A stretch of 64,000 nt of DNA, taken from Lingula anatina. Lineage: Eukaryota; Animalia; Brachiopoda. Below are positions 27,201 to 38,770 of this stretch, in pieces. Position numbers and translations under genes: made by a program. The DNA is taken from the NCBI GenBank assembly GCA_051362555.1, contig CM120648.1, positions 2,643,721 to 2,707,720 on the forward strand, given 5' to 3'. The notes beneath the pieces were generated by a model, which had not been told where the DNA came from, ran no database searches, and worked only from the letters and a program-made list of their open reading frames with translations. Numbering within the stretch: position 1 is the first letter of the stretch; the number at the start of each line of letters is the position of its first letter.

Positions 27201-30135
27201 TGCAAGACAGCCATGGGTGGGTGTCCAGGAGTCGGCCAGGTAGTTCCCCAGCCCATCCAACCTGTGCTGAAATCAAAGGTCAAGCAAGGTTAAGGTCAGT
27301 CCATGTAGGTCAAGGTCAAAACTCCCATCAGTCTTTGCGCTTTGCTGCCAAAATGGAGGTGAGGTATGTCATGCACAGTCCTTGAAGTTAACTTTTTTTC
27401 ATTAAAAATGGGAATTCACTCCCCTAATCAAAAGCAGTAAGTATTACAGGGCATGCACAAATTTCCCTGAAAATAACAACATCATTGTGGTATATTGTGT
27501 CACTTTTGTCTTGAAAATACGGTAAAACTGCTGACATTGAAGGGTTAAACAAAATATGAAAAAGTTTTAAATATAATAATAAGTATTATCAATTACACCT
27601 TGCAGTTCATTTTTTGTGGAATTTCTAATGAACTAATTTAAATACGACTGAAAATTATTCTTTTTATGAGGTATAAATTTAATTCAAAGATCAAATGAAA
27701 TTGTTTAAACACTCCAGCATATAGTTCACTTAAGATAATTTATCATTAATAGGACTACTTAACAGCTTTAACACTTCTTAATCCAAGTAAATCTCACCTT
27801 AATGGGTCCATTGCCGTGAACCACAAGTGGCGTTGTACCTGTCTTCACATTGTACAGGTAACTGTTGGCACCTTTGAACTTGAGCGTCACTTCATCTACA
27901 GACAGGAACAAACAGTTTAATATTCTGTTGTACATAAGTGTCTACACTGACAGCTGGCTCGATTCCTTTTATCACACTTAAATTGTTCATATATACCTAT
28001 TGTGACTATTCTACATTTTCATGTCTTTTTAATTTAATTTAATTTTAATCAAATTAAGTTCATAATGTGATACATACTAAGTGAAACATGACAGACAAAA
28101 TGTGTTTTAGTTTCTTCCACTAAATAAATTCCCATGCTTTGTCTTATAATTACCCAGAGCTCCATTTAAATTCTGGAAAATCTCTCCTCTGGTGTCTAAC
28201 TTGATATTCCATTTTTTCTATATTAAAATAATTAATTTACAAGATAAATTCACTTATTAATTCATAATATTGGCTTCAGTTAATCAATAACTAAATTGAT
28301 AAATAATAACAAATTACACAAGTCTCATTTAATTTGATCTATAGACAACACAAAAGCAGCATTGCATAGGTCTGATGTTTTCATTGGATTATTCTGATGT
28401 CACCTTTAACAGAAATAAAGCACATTTTTAACAAGTCCCTAGTCAATCCTATCCCATCTCACCCTGAGGTTTTCATCCAAGAAGATGTTTGTATAAACCA
28501 GCTGGTCATCATCCTTGTCTCCAACTTCATTGTGGGTGATGATCTCGTAAATGTCAGGGGCGTAACCTATATATCCTAGAAATAAAACAGTATTATGTCA
28601 CAAATACTAGAAATACCAGTAATCCTAGAAATATGACACCAACTGTAAAATTTCAAGGGTACTCGTAATACTGATCAATGATGATATATAAATCAAAGCT
28701 TGTTATTCGTAATTAAGAGAATAAAATTATCCCATTATACAAAAACATGTATAAGGAATATGAGAGGCTCTTTGTACTAGAAAACTCCATGTAATTTCCA
28801 GGTTATTTAGTCAGAAATGTTGTAGAAAAGTTACCTCCTGAGTTCAAAAATCTTTTCTCGTTCATCTTCACTTCTGGGTATTTGTCCTGGAAGAAGAACA
28901 TAACATTAGGACCTTTTCTCTGATAAATTCCCAGCAATCACAGATTACCTACATTTGATGTTTAGTATATTAATTTGATAACTGCACTTTTGGATGCTTC
29001 CTAGGGGCACACTCCCAGTGAAACTTTTGATTTACATAGATCGATCCAACTTCATGGGGACTCTTGCTGAATGCAGTCAGATTAACTGAATGACACACCT
29101 TGAGCAGCAATGGGGTGAAAAATATTTGTGCATGTTTGGTTGCACTCAAAATGAAGTGAAACAGCTTCTAGAAGTAAGGCACACAGGACAGTTAATCACA
29201 CCTTAGCTCACAAAGAGAATAGTGAATGGGCGAGCTTCTGAAGGAGAGAGGATATTTAGGTTATCTGATTTCATTCAGCAAGAGTCCCTGCAGAGTTGGA
29301 TCGATCTACATGGAATAATATTTTCATTGGGAACCGTCCCTAAATCATCATGAGCCCAATGGCTGGCATAGTGTGTGGGTGATAGGGACCATTCCCACAG
29401 ATTTTTGGATTGATCCATCTCCCTGGGGAGTCTCACTAAATTGCTATCAACTTAAACAACTTAAATGTCCGTCACATCCATCATCTTTACCCCCTAGCTG
29501 ATTCGGGAGTTTCACCGATCCAGATGGATCAATCTAGGCATGGGAACCCAGTCACAGACGCAATGTGTTATCTACATCATGTAATACAATCAATCAAGGT
29601 TCTGCATTAAGTCCTTACCATAAGAGAGGCGTCCGGCCAGCAGAAACCCTCCGCAGAAAATACCACTCTGGCATTGAACTTTTTAAACATTTTCAAGATT
29701 TCCTGAGCTCCACCAGTAAAAATCACGTCATAGCTGTGAAGAGAAAAATGACATGAATCTTCAGTTATAATTACTTAACTGCAGGCCATTTTATAGGGTA
29801 TGCCACGCAAGTGTAAAACCAGAAATCAAAAATTATTTTTTTTTATAAAAGCATGATCACCATTCACATAAGGTTCAGAAAAATAAAACAATTACTAAAA
29901 GCTGAATAAGTGGCCTAATTTTTCTCAATGCAAGTTATTATAAAATCATCAACACCAAATCATAGTATCCATACCTGTCAGTAAACATAAGCACCAGGTC
30001 CTTCTTATCCTTGTATTTCTTCAAGCCTTCTTTCAGGAGGTTGATCTTGTACCCACCACCAACGGACACTGCCATGTCTCCGCCTCTCCACTCCTTCCCC
30101 ATACCTAACACCTAGAGGCATCATCATCATCATTA

Positions 30136-30209
<74 letters not shown>

Positions 30210-31259
30210 GGGACCATTCCCAGAGCCTATCGTACTAACTTTGGATCGATCTAACTCCAAGGAGATTCTCACTAAATTGCTATCAAGTTAAGCAGCTTAC
30301 TAGTAGATGTCTGTCACACCCACTGAAGCTGCTAGGGGGTAATTAACTTTGTTTAGCAGCTTCAGTAGGGGTGTCAGACATCTAAGCCATTTAAGCTAAA
30401 AGGAATTTAAAGAGAAAACCCTTCAGAGACAGATCGATCCTGTTAGATCGATCTAGGCATGGGAATACAGTCTTATTGTTGTTGTTTTTGTTATTATTAT
30501 TATTAATTTCATCATAATTATTATCACAAGGTTTTTGGGAAGAATATATGACAAGATGATTGTCACAATTTTTGTATCTTTGAGCTAAACATAAATCACA
30601 GGGGAATAGCAAGTAAGTCAGGTGACAAATATACGCCCACTGTCCAATATGCAGCAATTTTTCATTTTCTTCAATTTAATGTCGGGGAAGGATGATGAAT
30701 AAAAATCCAATTCCAATGTGTTTAAGACTGAACAATAACTATAAAGCCAAAATGTCTGCATTGCCTTACAGCTTCCTTCCTACACATAACTCCGGTCAAC
30801 CGACCCACGTCTCACTAAAAAACTATTTCCTTTTCAAAGTTCACCTAATGTTAGACTGTGGTATGCCAGAACAGAAGGAAAAAAAATTCTACACAATGCT
30901 TCATTGTTCAAGGTAGAATTTACTTTTATATTCTGTGACTCTTGCGTCATTATCTTAACTGATAAATGGTGAAAGGGAAAAGTTCAGGCTAATGCTAGTG
31001 AAGTATTTTGCTACTCAGTACTGGGCAGTGGAGCCCCCGTGAATTAGTAGTCTGTAAAAAGTGTTTATATAGTTAAAGGTCACATGGAGTAGACACTAAA
31101 ATAGTCCAGCTCACAGTAATTCCAAAGCACTGATTCCAGAGGAAATGGTTCATCTCCCCACATCAAACAGGTTCATTTTCACCAAGTATTACTACCACTA
31201 TTTACAACTTAAAGGAAGTGTGTTTGCCTGTGCGCATGTGTATGTTTGTGTCTAGTGAC

Positions 31260-31298
<39 letters not shown>

Positions 31299-31564
31299 AG
31301 AGGGAGAGAGAGGAGCCGGGGGAGGGGGTGTAAAAACTAACCTCCACATCCAGTCCATACTTGTTTGCTGACCTCATGTACCTCTTGAATCCATCAGTTT
31401 CGTCCGAGGCCACAGTGACCAGCAGGAGGCCTGTAAGGTGAAGAAAATGTTAATATATTATGTTGATTACTGATCTACCTCACACTATGACAAAATACAA
31501 TATTCAATATCTTAATTGGTTAAATGTCCCCTGTAGAGTGATAAATACTATCTGTAGTTTAACA

Positions 31565-31634
<70 letters not shown>

Positions 31635-34600
31635 GCAAATGTTTGTAATTGCATCTTAATATTAGTAATAAATTGTAGAATATACTTCTCTTTGCAAAAA
31701 TGCTCATAAAATGGACAAAGGGTGTTACTGAAGAGCATTTTGTTTCAACAATATATTGTTGATATAAAAAAAAAAAGAAATATATAAACAGTTAAACAAG
31801 TAAAACATTGTGTACTTCATCTATTACCATTCTGGACTAGATCACAATCCTTTATCAATATTCATCTGTTCTCATGCATCAAATCAAACACTAGTCATAT
31901 GCCACATAGCTTCAGGGTATGGAGGTCCTCAGGCATAGCTAGATATATGGCTGTAATTCTGTACCAGTGTAGTACCAGATACATACTACAATAACTAAGT
32001 GGGCTGGTTTCATAAAACACTGTGAATCTAAAAGCTGGTCTTTGACCGAAAACATTTATTCTTAATTTCATTCCACACTCTGATTTGGCCTACAATAAAA
32101 TGAGTTGTCTAGCTAAGAAGGATTTGAGTCAAAGTCTATTGTATGTTTTTTATGTTCCTTTAGTAGCAAGATACTTAACCATGATATACTGTTGAATTTC
32201 TAGACAAGGGACAATAGTTTCAGCTGCTCTGAGGATAAAAAAAAAAAAAACTCTGGAACTTTCCTTTTATTTACACTGACAAGTCACATCATGCAAGCTT
32301 CATGCACACCATTTTCCAATTGCCATTTTCTCAAACAAGTTGAGAATGGATGGAAAATTCCTACAATCTTGACTTAGCATTATAAGAGAAGCCTGATGTA
32401 TAACATGTAACATTAGCATGTACTCCTACTGGGGGTACATGTTCATCGTTTTCTCCATAGAATTTTCTGAGCTTCGGTGACTTGGACTGTGTTATGTTAA
32501 AAAACATGGACTCCATCAGTAAATTTCACTTCCATACATGTCTACTGACAGTATGCAAGAGTGCAAGAATCAAAACTTGCGTTCTTCTAATGTGACAATC
32601 TTTTACTAAATCTCTTTCATCCCAGTACCTCACTTTTCAAAATTCTAAGTCAACAATTATGCCCATAATTAACAACAGACTATTTTAAAGATTATCACTT
32701 ATTAATTTTGTTCAAAATTAATAAACATTCAGTAACAAGCAGTATTAGTGATACCTAACACAAGGTTTTTGTTGCAATGGGGAAGAGTTTATTTTCTACT
32801 GAGTGCAATATTTCCTGATCTGTCTCAATATACCAGCGGGCTATCACATGTACTCAGCATGGAAGATTCTACATTCTAACTGTACCAACTTAATACAATG
32901 ATAACATAATAGGGCATTATTTTTTCATGCGACGCTTAATTTATCACTCTGTTCCTAATGGCAGGGCTCAGAATAAAAGTGTCTTTATTTAACGCTGAAG
33001 AGTCTAGTCTAAGAGTTCTATGTAAATGATGAGATCATGATGGAAAGTTAATAAAGGCCTCTTTCTTTCTTTTTTTTTAAGTTCAACTGAAAATGTCACT
33101 CTGAAAATAATCAATGTTGAAATAAACGGTGACTTGTTGCTTTGAGTCATTTGACAAAATGCACATTTTCATTCCTATAGGACAAAAAGTAATTACTAGT
33201 AAACGTCCCTCCCAGCATTTGGTTTAGTTGCCTACCACTTACTAGTACTCTGTCTCTTCACAGACATCATGCTGTTTGCTGCCTGCATTAAAATACGAAA
33301 ACATTTTAGTAATTCACATCAACATTTCCTATATGTGGCCTGAAGTGGAATTTGACTTCCTCTCTCCTCTACAAACACACACACACACACACACACACTC
33401 ACACACACACACTTAACTTAAATAAAAACCTCTCTTTTCAAGGTGACCGTACTTTTTTACCATCTTAACTTGCTACATGACAGAGCACTCGTTTCACCCA
33501 GACAGGAATCAAATAAGTAACTAATAACATGACATTAAAGTCCCGACATGATAATTTTCTACTATATTTGCTGCCCTGATTCTTCCAACATTTTACAGTG
33601 TATAATTTGATGGGAGATAAGACACTGTCACAGTCTTCCCTACAGAAATCTCATAAGATCAGTTGTTCTACATAATTTGTTGCAGCAGTATCACTTGATA
33701 AGGGAGGTGATTTCTTTTTCTATTAATTCATAGCATTCCTATCAATCCCATTTTGAAAAAAAAAAAAAAAAAATTGAGAAAACACAATTTCTCATAGATG
33801 TCTTTTAAAATCAAAATCTGTGATGTCAAGAGCCTGCAGTACACAGATATCATATATGTGGATTGTACATTTTCTTACTTAAATGTTTGAAACTTTTGTT
33901 CAATAAACGAATTTGTGTGTAATTTGACATAAATATATTCAACTGAACCCTGTATTTTTAAAGACTTTATGCAGAAAACATCCCTTTTATTACATCAAAG
34001 TTGTACGTTTTTTTATGAAGTGCAATTTAAGCATAAGATATGGTAGCTCTGGTACTTTTGCAAGGTCAAAGACCCAAATAGTCCACTGCCAGGGATTTAC
34101 TAGTATATATATCTTGGGTTTTAAAATGGGTGCAGATGGAAAAACAATTTATGAAAGTCAATCCAGTATATGGCCAAAGTTTATGACATTTACCACTTTA
34201 ACTGCAGCTGGCATTTTAACCTAGTCCCAAAGCTGCAGTTTGAGCATATCCCATCTTACCTCAGGTAACCTTACTGGTATAAATTAAAATCTCAAATTTC
34301 TCACCCATTTTTTACTTTTTAAAATACATCATCTTTAAACACTCACAAAAACTGCACATTCTCACATGAAGCCACCTCACTTTTAAAATGATTACATCCA
34401 CATTTTAAAATATCACTAACGAAACCTGGTGGGTTATTAATTTACATCAATTTAAATTAATAGAGCAATTACCATAATGTACAGTAAAGGCGATCTGGCT
34501 TAGAGATTAGACTGCTATCAGGAAGTCAGCTACCCTGGTAGCTTATGTGCAATGCATTATGATATTAACTACAGGCTAGGGCTGCCTACATTACTAGACT

Positions 34601-37600
34601 TTATGTATCAATCAACAGTTAGAGGTGGGAAAACGGCAGGATTCAAAATACTTAAATTGTGTAAAATATGTGTAATTGTGTTAGAGTTAACCAATAACAT
34701 TAACAGAATTGAAATAAACAGACACAGAACTTTTTTTTTCTCAAAAAAGAACTTTGGCAGTTTCCGACTACTTCAGGTCAAGATTAATCCTACTTAAATA
34801 AATAACATACTGGTCTCAACCTTTGGCTGTGGCTTTCTTCTCTTAAATCAAGAGCAACATTTGATTTGAACTGGTTACTAGTACTACTGGTTTACCTGTG
34901 GTCTTAGTAGACTCAAACTTGGGTCTAAAGGTTTACAACAATTTCCCTTCTTTCATGAAACATGTTCATAGCTAAATTCTACTTTAAGAGAAATTCCACA
35001 GAATTCTTACTCCACACTGGAACTTGTATGTATATAAAGTATACAGACAGAGGAATGCACCTTCAACTGACCTATTACTGTTAAAACAATAGCAGTCAAG
35101 TTTCCACTTGAGGCAAATCACATTAATACGTGACTCTATGTGGACAAACCATGTGATTTGGATTTCTAACCACATGAAGCCAATCTAGTCTACTCCACTA
35201 CCACTGTGATATAAAATCGGTCTCAGACACTAACCACTGGATCCACATGAAGTTCCCGTAAAATAAGAACCAGGCCAGTAAAGTTTTTTTTTCAGTTTGC
35301 TCAGTTACTGGCCATTGTTTTAAGCATTAGTCTAGCAGATTCTTAAGGACCATTCCCAGACCCTATCGTACTAACTCTGGGTCGATCTAGGTATGGGAAC
35401 ATAGTCTCAGAACCTGGTGGACAAACAGGTCAGTCGTCTTAAAAGTTTTTGGTGATGAGAACGCAAAACCATCATCTGCTCAGGAGGTGGTGGGACTGCC
35501 AAACCCTCATCTGCTCAGATGCCTTAGGTTAAACTGTCTCAGCTTGACTGTGAACCTGTCTTAGAGCGCATTCTCAACGAATTAAGCCAGGCTTTACAAA
35601 GCCGGTGACCTAAAAATGGCGGACGTACATGAAAGAAAAACCGCCTAATCTTTTAATAGTCTCTCCGCCTCCCCACACGTCGTCCCTGCGGGGCACAGTA
35701 ATTAAATCTCGGCTCCGTTCGCCATGCGGAAGCTACCTGAGAAATATTAAGTGCGCATGCTCATCAGTTAAACTCGTGGTGAAGAAAGCGTGGCGGCTGA
35801 AGGCGATCGAAGGAAAAAAGCTCTTCTGTTCTATTATCTTTGAAAACAGAGACGAAAAAGGAATAATTTGGCCCGTAGAGCAGCAATGAATCGACTATCT
35901 ACGGAGATAATATCACCAGAGATATTCACGGAAATATTAATGTTCGGAGCCGAGATTTAATTACTGTACCCCGCAGGGACGACGTGTGGGGAGGCGTGTG
36001 AGAGGCGGAGAGACTATTAAAAGATTAGGCGGTTTTTCTTTCATGTACGTCCGCCATTTTTAGGTCACCGGCTTTGTAAAGCCTGGCTTAATTCGTTGAG
36101 AATGCGCTCTTATAATCTGGTATCAGACCATCTACTCTATCTGATTTTTATCTTTACTACACTGTATGTTAACACAGAATGTTCTAAGATAAACTGCTTC
36201 AACTTGACTGGGAACTCGCCCTATCATCTGATCTCAGATTTTTATCTGCTGTACAGTTGGGATAGAACTGTAAACTCCACATATATCCCTTAATGAGGGT
36301 TTAATGCAGACTACTTGATTTAAAACAGATCCTTACTAGTAACATACCACACCAAAGCATAAATTAACAGTGGATTTTTATTAAAGTACTACTACGTGAT
36401 TATATTAGTACAGACAGTGTCTCCTGAAACTGAGATGCAAAAAAAAAAAAGGTACCTGCAAAGAAAAACAATCCAATGAAATAAATGGGCTATTAAGTAA
36501 GCCATCAGAATTTTAATGTCTACCATCATATCACCACTGTATTAACATTTCGCATCAAGTAAGTAAATAAATAAACTATTTACACTGAATTTACATAATA
36601 AACAAAGTCACCCTGATTTTTGCTTCAGCATTTTAAATACAATCACATGCTTTAAATGTCTTCAGAATTTTAATGATGATCATCATTTCGCCATAATGTT
36701 TACATCTAGAACAATCCACTGGTTAAAGATGTGGTTTTCACTACATTGGCTGCTGGGGTTACCTTAGGGTTTTGATGAAAAAACTGAGTACGAGTCTCCG
36801 AGTTTCATAATGAGAGCTTTAACTGACCAAAACCACTACACAAGCAGTAAAATAAGGCTCACTGTGCTCTGTTCTGCATTCAGTTTCATGCATGTTGCGA
36901 GTTGTTAAAATGGAGCATGGCACAATCCCTTGATTTCTATGCAAACCAAAACAAGCCATGCTGATAACGGGTTGAGATTTTTTCTATTAAATCTAATTTG
37001 CATGGAAGAAAAAAAAATCCTCCTAAACATGAATAATTACCTGACCTATTCCTGCAATTGATTTTAATGATTTGTATCATTTCTTGTCAAAAATAATTTC
37101 AAATGCCTCATCCAGACTGCTAGGTTTTCCTGACATTTCAGAGGGGCGACACTGACATCAGGTCATTTTATTTGAGCAGTTTAATTTTGTTAAAGGTGTG
37201 AGTGGAAACAGGTAAGAAGCATTACAGGGCAAAAAGACAAAAATATGAATCAGGGTCATTTACAATCTTTGAGAGGGCGGTTCTAAAGGGCTCAAAAATT
37301 GCCCTGAGGGAAACCCTGTATTGTATCAAATGTACCTGGGGTAGCGCTAACACTCACCAATTTAGCCAAATGCTAAAACTGACTTAAATTGGCTAAACAA
37401 AAAAGGCTTGATTTGACTAATTTTAGTCAAATTAGAACCATTTGGATAACAAATTGACAAAAAAGTGATGATTTGGCTAAGGGAAAAAAATTGCTAGCGC
37501 TACCCCAGTGTACCCTGCCCACATCGTTTACTTCTTAGATCAACACCACATCAACAAAGAGGATTACCTCCCACCTGACCACATAAACTGGTTATAACTG

Positions 37601-38700
37601 AACAACAGCCTTATTATAACACCAAACAGTCCCACCCTCCTCCTCCTCCATATAAAACTCACTTAACCTGGGGGCCATTTCACCCGAGAATAAAAGATGG
37701 AAAATTAATCAAATTCCTTTGTGGAACTGCCCCCTGCACAATTGTTTGTTGTTATTAGCTGTAAATGTGTAAAATTAAGAACTAAACTAGCCAACAGTAT
37801 CAAATACTACACTCACTTGCCAAGTAAAGTCTAAAACCACATTCAATATCACATCTTAATCTTTCCCCCAAAGTAAATTGTTTTATCCAGCCCCCTTTAT
37901 CCATTAATCTTATCCAGGGATTGACATTAAGGGCGGCCCACTGGCCCTGGGCTACTGAAAACCAACCTAGGGCCATTGAATCGCTGGGGTCACTGGCCCA
38001 AAGAGCAAGTAAAATGTCATGTACCAAATAACCCTTGCAATATTTACAGATATCTCAGGCATATCTCAGTACTGAAAAAAATATTGTCAGGCCTTAATTG
38101 TTATCAATCTTACAAATAACTTTTTTTTTTGTCTCCATTCTATATTTTCTTTTTGCCTTGGGTCAAAATGTCTGTATTTGAGTTTCAAAAGTCATTCACC
38201 ACGAGAGAACTATATATTTGGAGATATTTAACAAGTACGGTTAACTGAGGCCATGCGGTTATCAATTATTTCCGTCTAGCTCATTTGCATCTGTCAAACC
38301 ACAACGCCACCGGCAAGAAACTTTTAAAACTACTTTCTACTTACATTTACAATTGCTTTAAAGTTATATTAAGAATTTTAATTCAAATCCTACAAAAATG
38401 CAAACGGGTTGAAATTCATCCTTCTTGTTCTGGTCCGCGAGTTTGGATCAAGTGGATCAGATTTCTCGCGACTTTGAAAAAGTTTGCTGTTTCGCACGTA
38501 CGCAGAACTCGTTCGGGGCACTTCTAAACTTCACGTTTTACTCCATCCATGAGTAAAGCATGATCGCATAAAACTATCAGTAGATACGTACCATCATCCA
38601 CGCTCGATGAGTGAACTCCAATGCTAGGCGAACTCCATGGTGGGAAGAAAACAAAGAAAATCGGCAGACACACCATAAAGAGTCTACTGATCAACGCCAT
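19309..38700 (-). CDS. PLOD: Procollagen-lysine,2-oxoglutarate 5-dioxygenase (multifunctional lysyl hydroxylase/glycosyltransferase), about 737 aa, 20 exon positions
   Basis: Phase-consistent GT-AG exons: 38592-38700 (signal peptide), 31342-31430, 29975-30111, 29619-29733, 28835-28886, 28463-28575, 28154-28217, 27798-27895, [27165-27266 or 26496-26597], 25901-26032, 25579-25700, 25188-25289, 24776-24901, 24296-24428, 23897-24010, 23587-23655, 23295-23399, 22550-22696, 22061-22189, [20504-20659 or 19309-19464]; total 2214 nt. Motifs: [77 protein letters not shown]. Confidence 0.97.
20504..20659 (-). CDS. PLOD: PLOD terminal exon 20a (proximal): [51 protein letters not shown]
   Basis: Acceptor tgtttctacag, 156 nt ending in TAA, phase 0 matching exon 19. 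Confidence 0.92.
   Translation of the reverse strand, partial: GGGVRFVRQNCSVTQTKRGWGLISPGRLTHLHEGLTVTKGTRYIMISFVDP
22880..23160. mobile_element. CpG-rich insertion with internal inverted repeats (MITE-like), PLOD intron 17
   Basis: GAACTGCATTGTGGGA (22904-19) and TCCCACAATGCAATTC (23123-38); composition differs from the flanks; boundaries approximate. Confidence 0.4.
24231..24289. repeat. (ATT)n microsatellite just downstream of the PLOD exon 14 donor
   Basis: Seen directly. Confidence 0.95.
26496..26597 (-). CDS. PLOD: PLOD exon 9b (duplicated exon, copy B): [34 protein letters not shown]
   Basis: Acceptor ttcctcctctcag, 102 nt, donor GAG|gtaata, phase 0/0; 22/34 aa identical to copy A. 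Confidence 0.9.
27165..27266 (-). CDS. PLOD: PLOD exon 9a (duplicated exon, copy A): [34 protein letters not shown]
   Basis: Acceptor tgatttcag, 102 nt, donor AAG|gtagaa, phase 0/0, no stops; paralogous to 26496-26597. Confidence 0.9.
29004..29341. mobile_element. MITE-like element, GATCGATC-core family
   Basis: Imperfect TIRs (GGGGCACACTCCCAGTGAAA / TTTCATTGGGAACCGTCCC), internal inverted GATCGATCCAACT / AGTTGGATCGATC, TA/TAA flanks; related copy at about 59189-59425. Confidence 0.65.
29384..29553. mobile_element. MITE-like repeat (GGACCATTCCCA...CTAGGCATGGGAA family)
   Basis: Shares both ends with the copies at 30210-30473 and 35347-35407. Confidence 0.55.
30136..30209. repeat. (AAT)n/(ATT)n fold-back microsatellite
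   Basis: About 15 AAT units abut about 9 TAT units, which are self-complementary. Confidence 0.9.
30210..30473. mobile_element. MITE-like repeat, same family
   Basis: GGGACCATTCCCAGAGCCTATCGTACTAAC...GATCGATCTAGGCATGGGAATACAGTC, with an internal hairpin CTGAAGCTGCTA/TAGCAGCTTCAG. Confidence 0.6.
35347..35407. mobile_element. Internally deleted 60-bp derivative of the same MITE family
   Basis: The left and right ends of the 30210 element are joined directly. Confidence 0.55.
35564..36109. mobile_element. Young MITE, probably PIF/Harbinger (Tourist-like), in PLOD intron 1
   Basis: Near-perfect TIRs of about 154 bp (GAGCGCATTCTCAACG...CGTTGAGAATGCGCTC; 1 mismatch and an 11-bp indel), flanked by TTA on both sides (35561-63, 36110-12). 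Confidence 0.88.
37336..37508. mobile_element. MITE of about 173 bp with 14-bp TIRs CTGGGGTAGCGCTA
   Basis: Perfect TIRs, TGTAC direct repeat on both flanks, second copy at 55423-55597. Confidence 0.75.
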
Positions 38701-38770
38701 GTTGCTGCGTGCATTAACTCCCCTAACTCCTCCGCAGTTGATTATCACCTCGCTCTCTGATTGGTTAAAA
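38695..38770 (-). promoter_or_regulatory. PLOD proximal promoter and 5'UTR
   Basis: CCAAT box (plus-strand tgattgg at about 38758-38764), AACATGGCG overlapping the start codon, CpG-enriched region. Confidence 0.4.
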
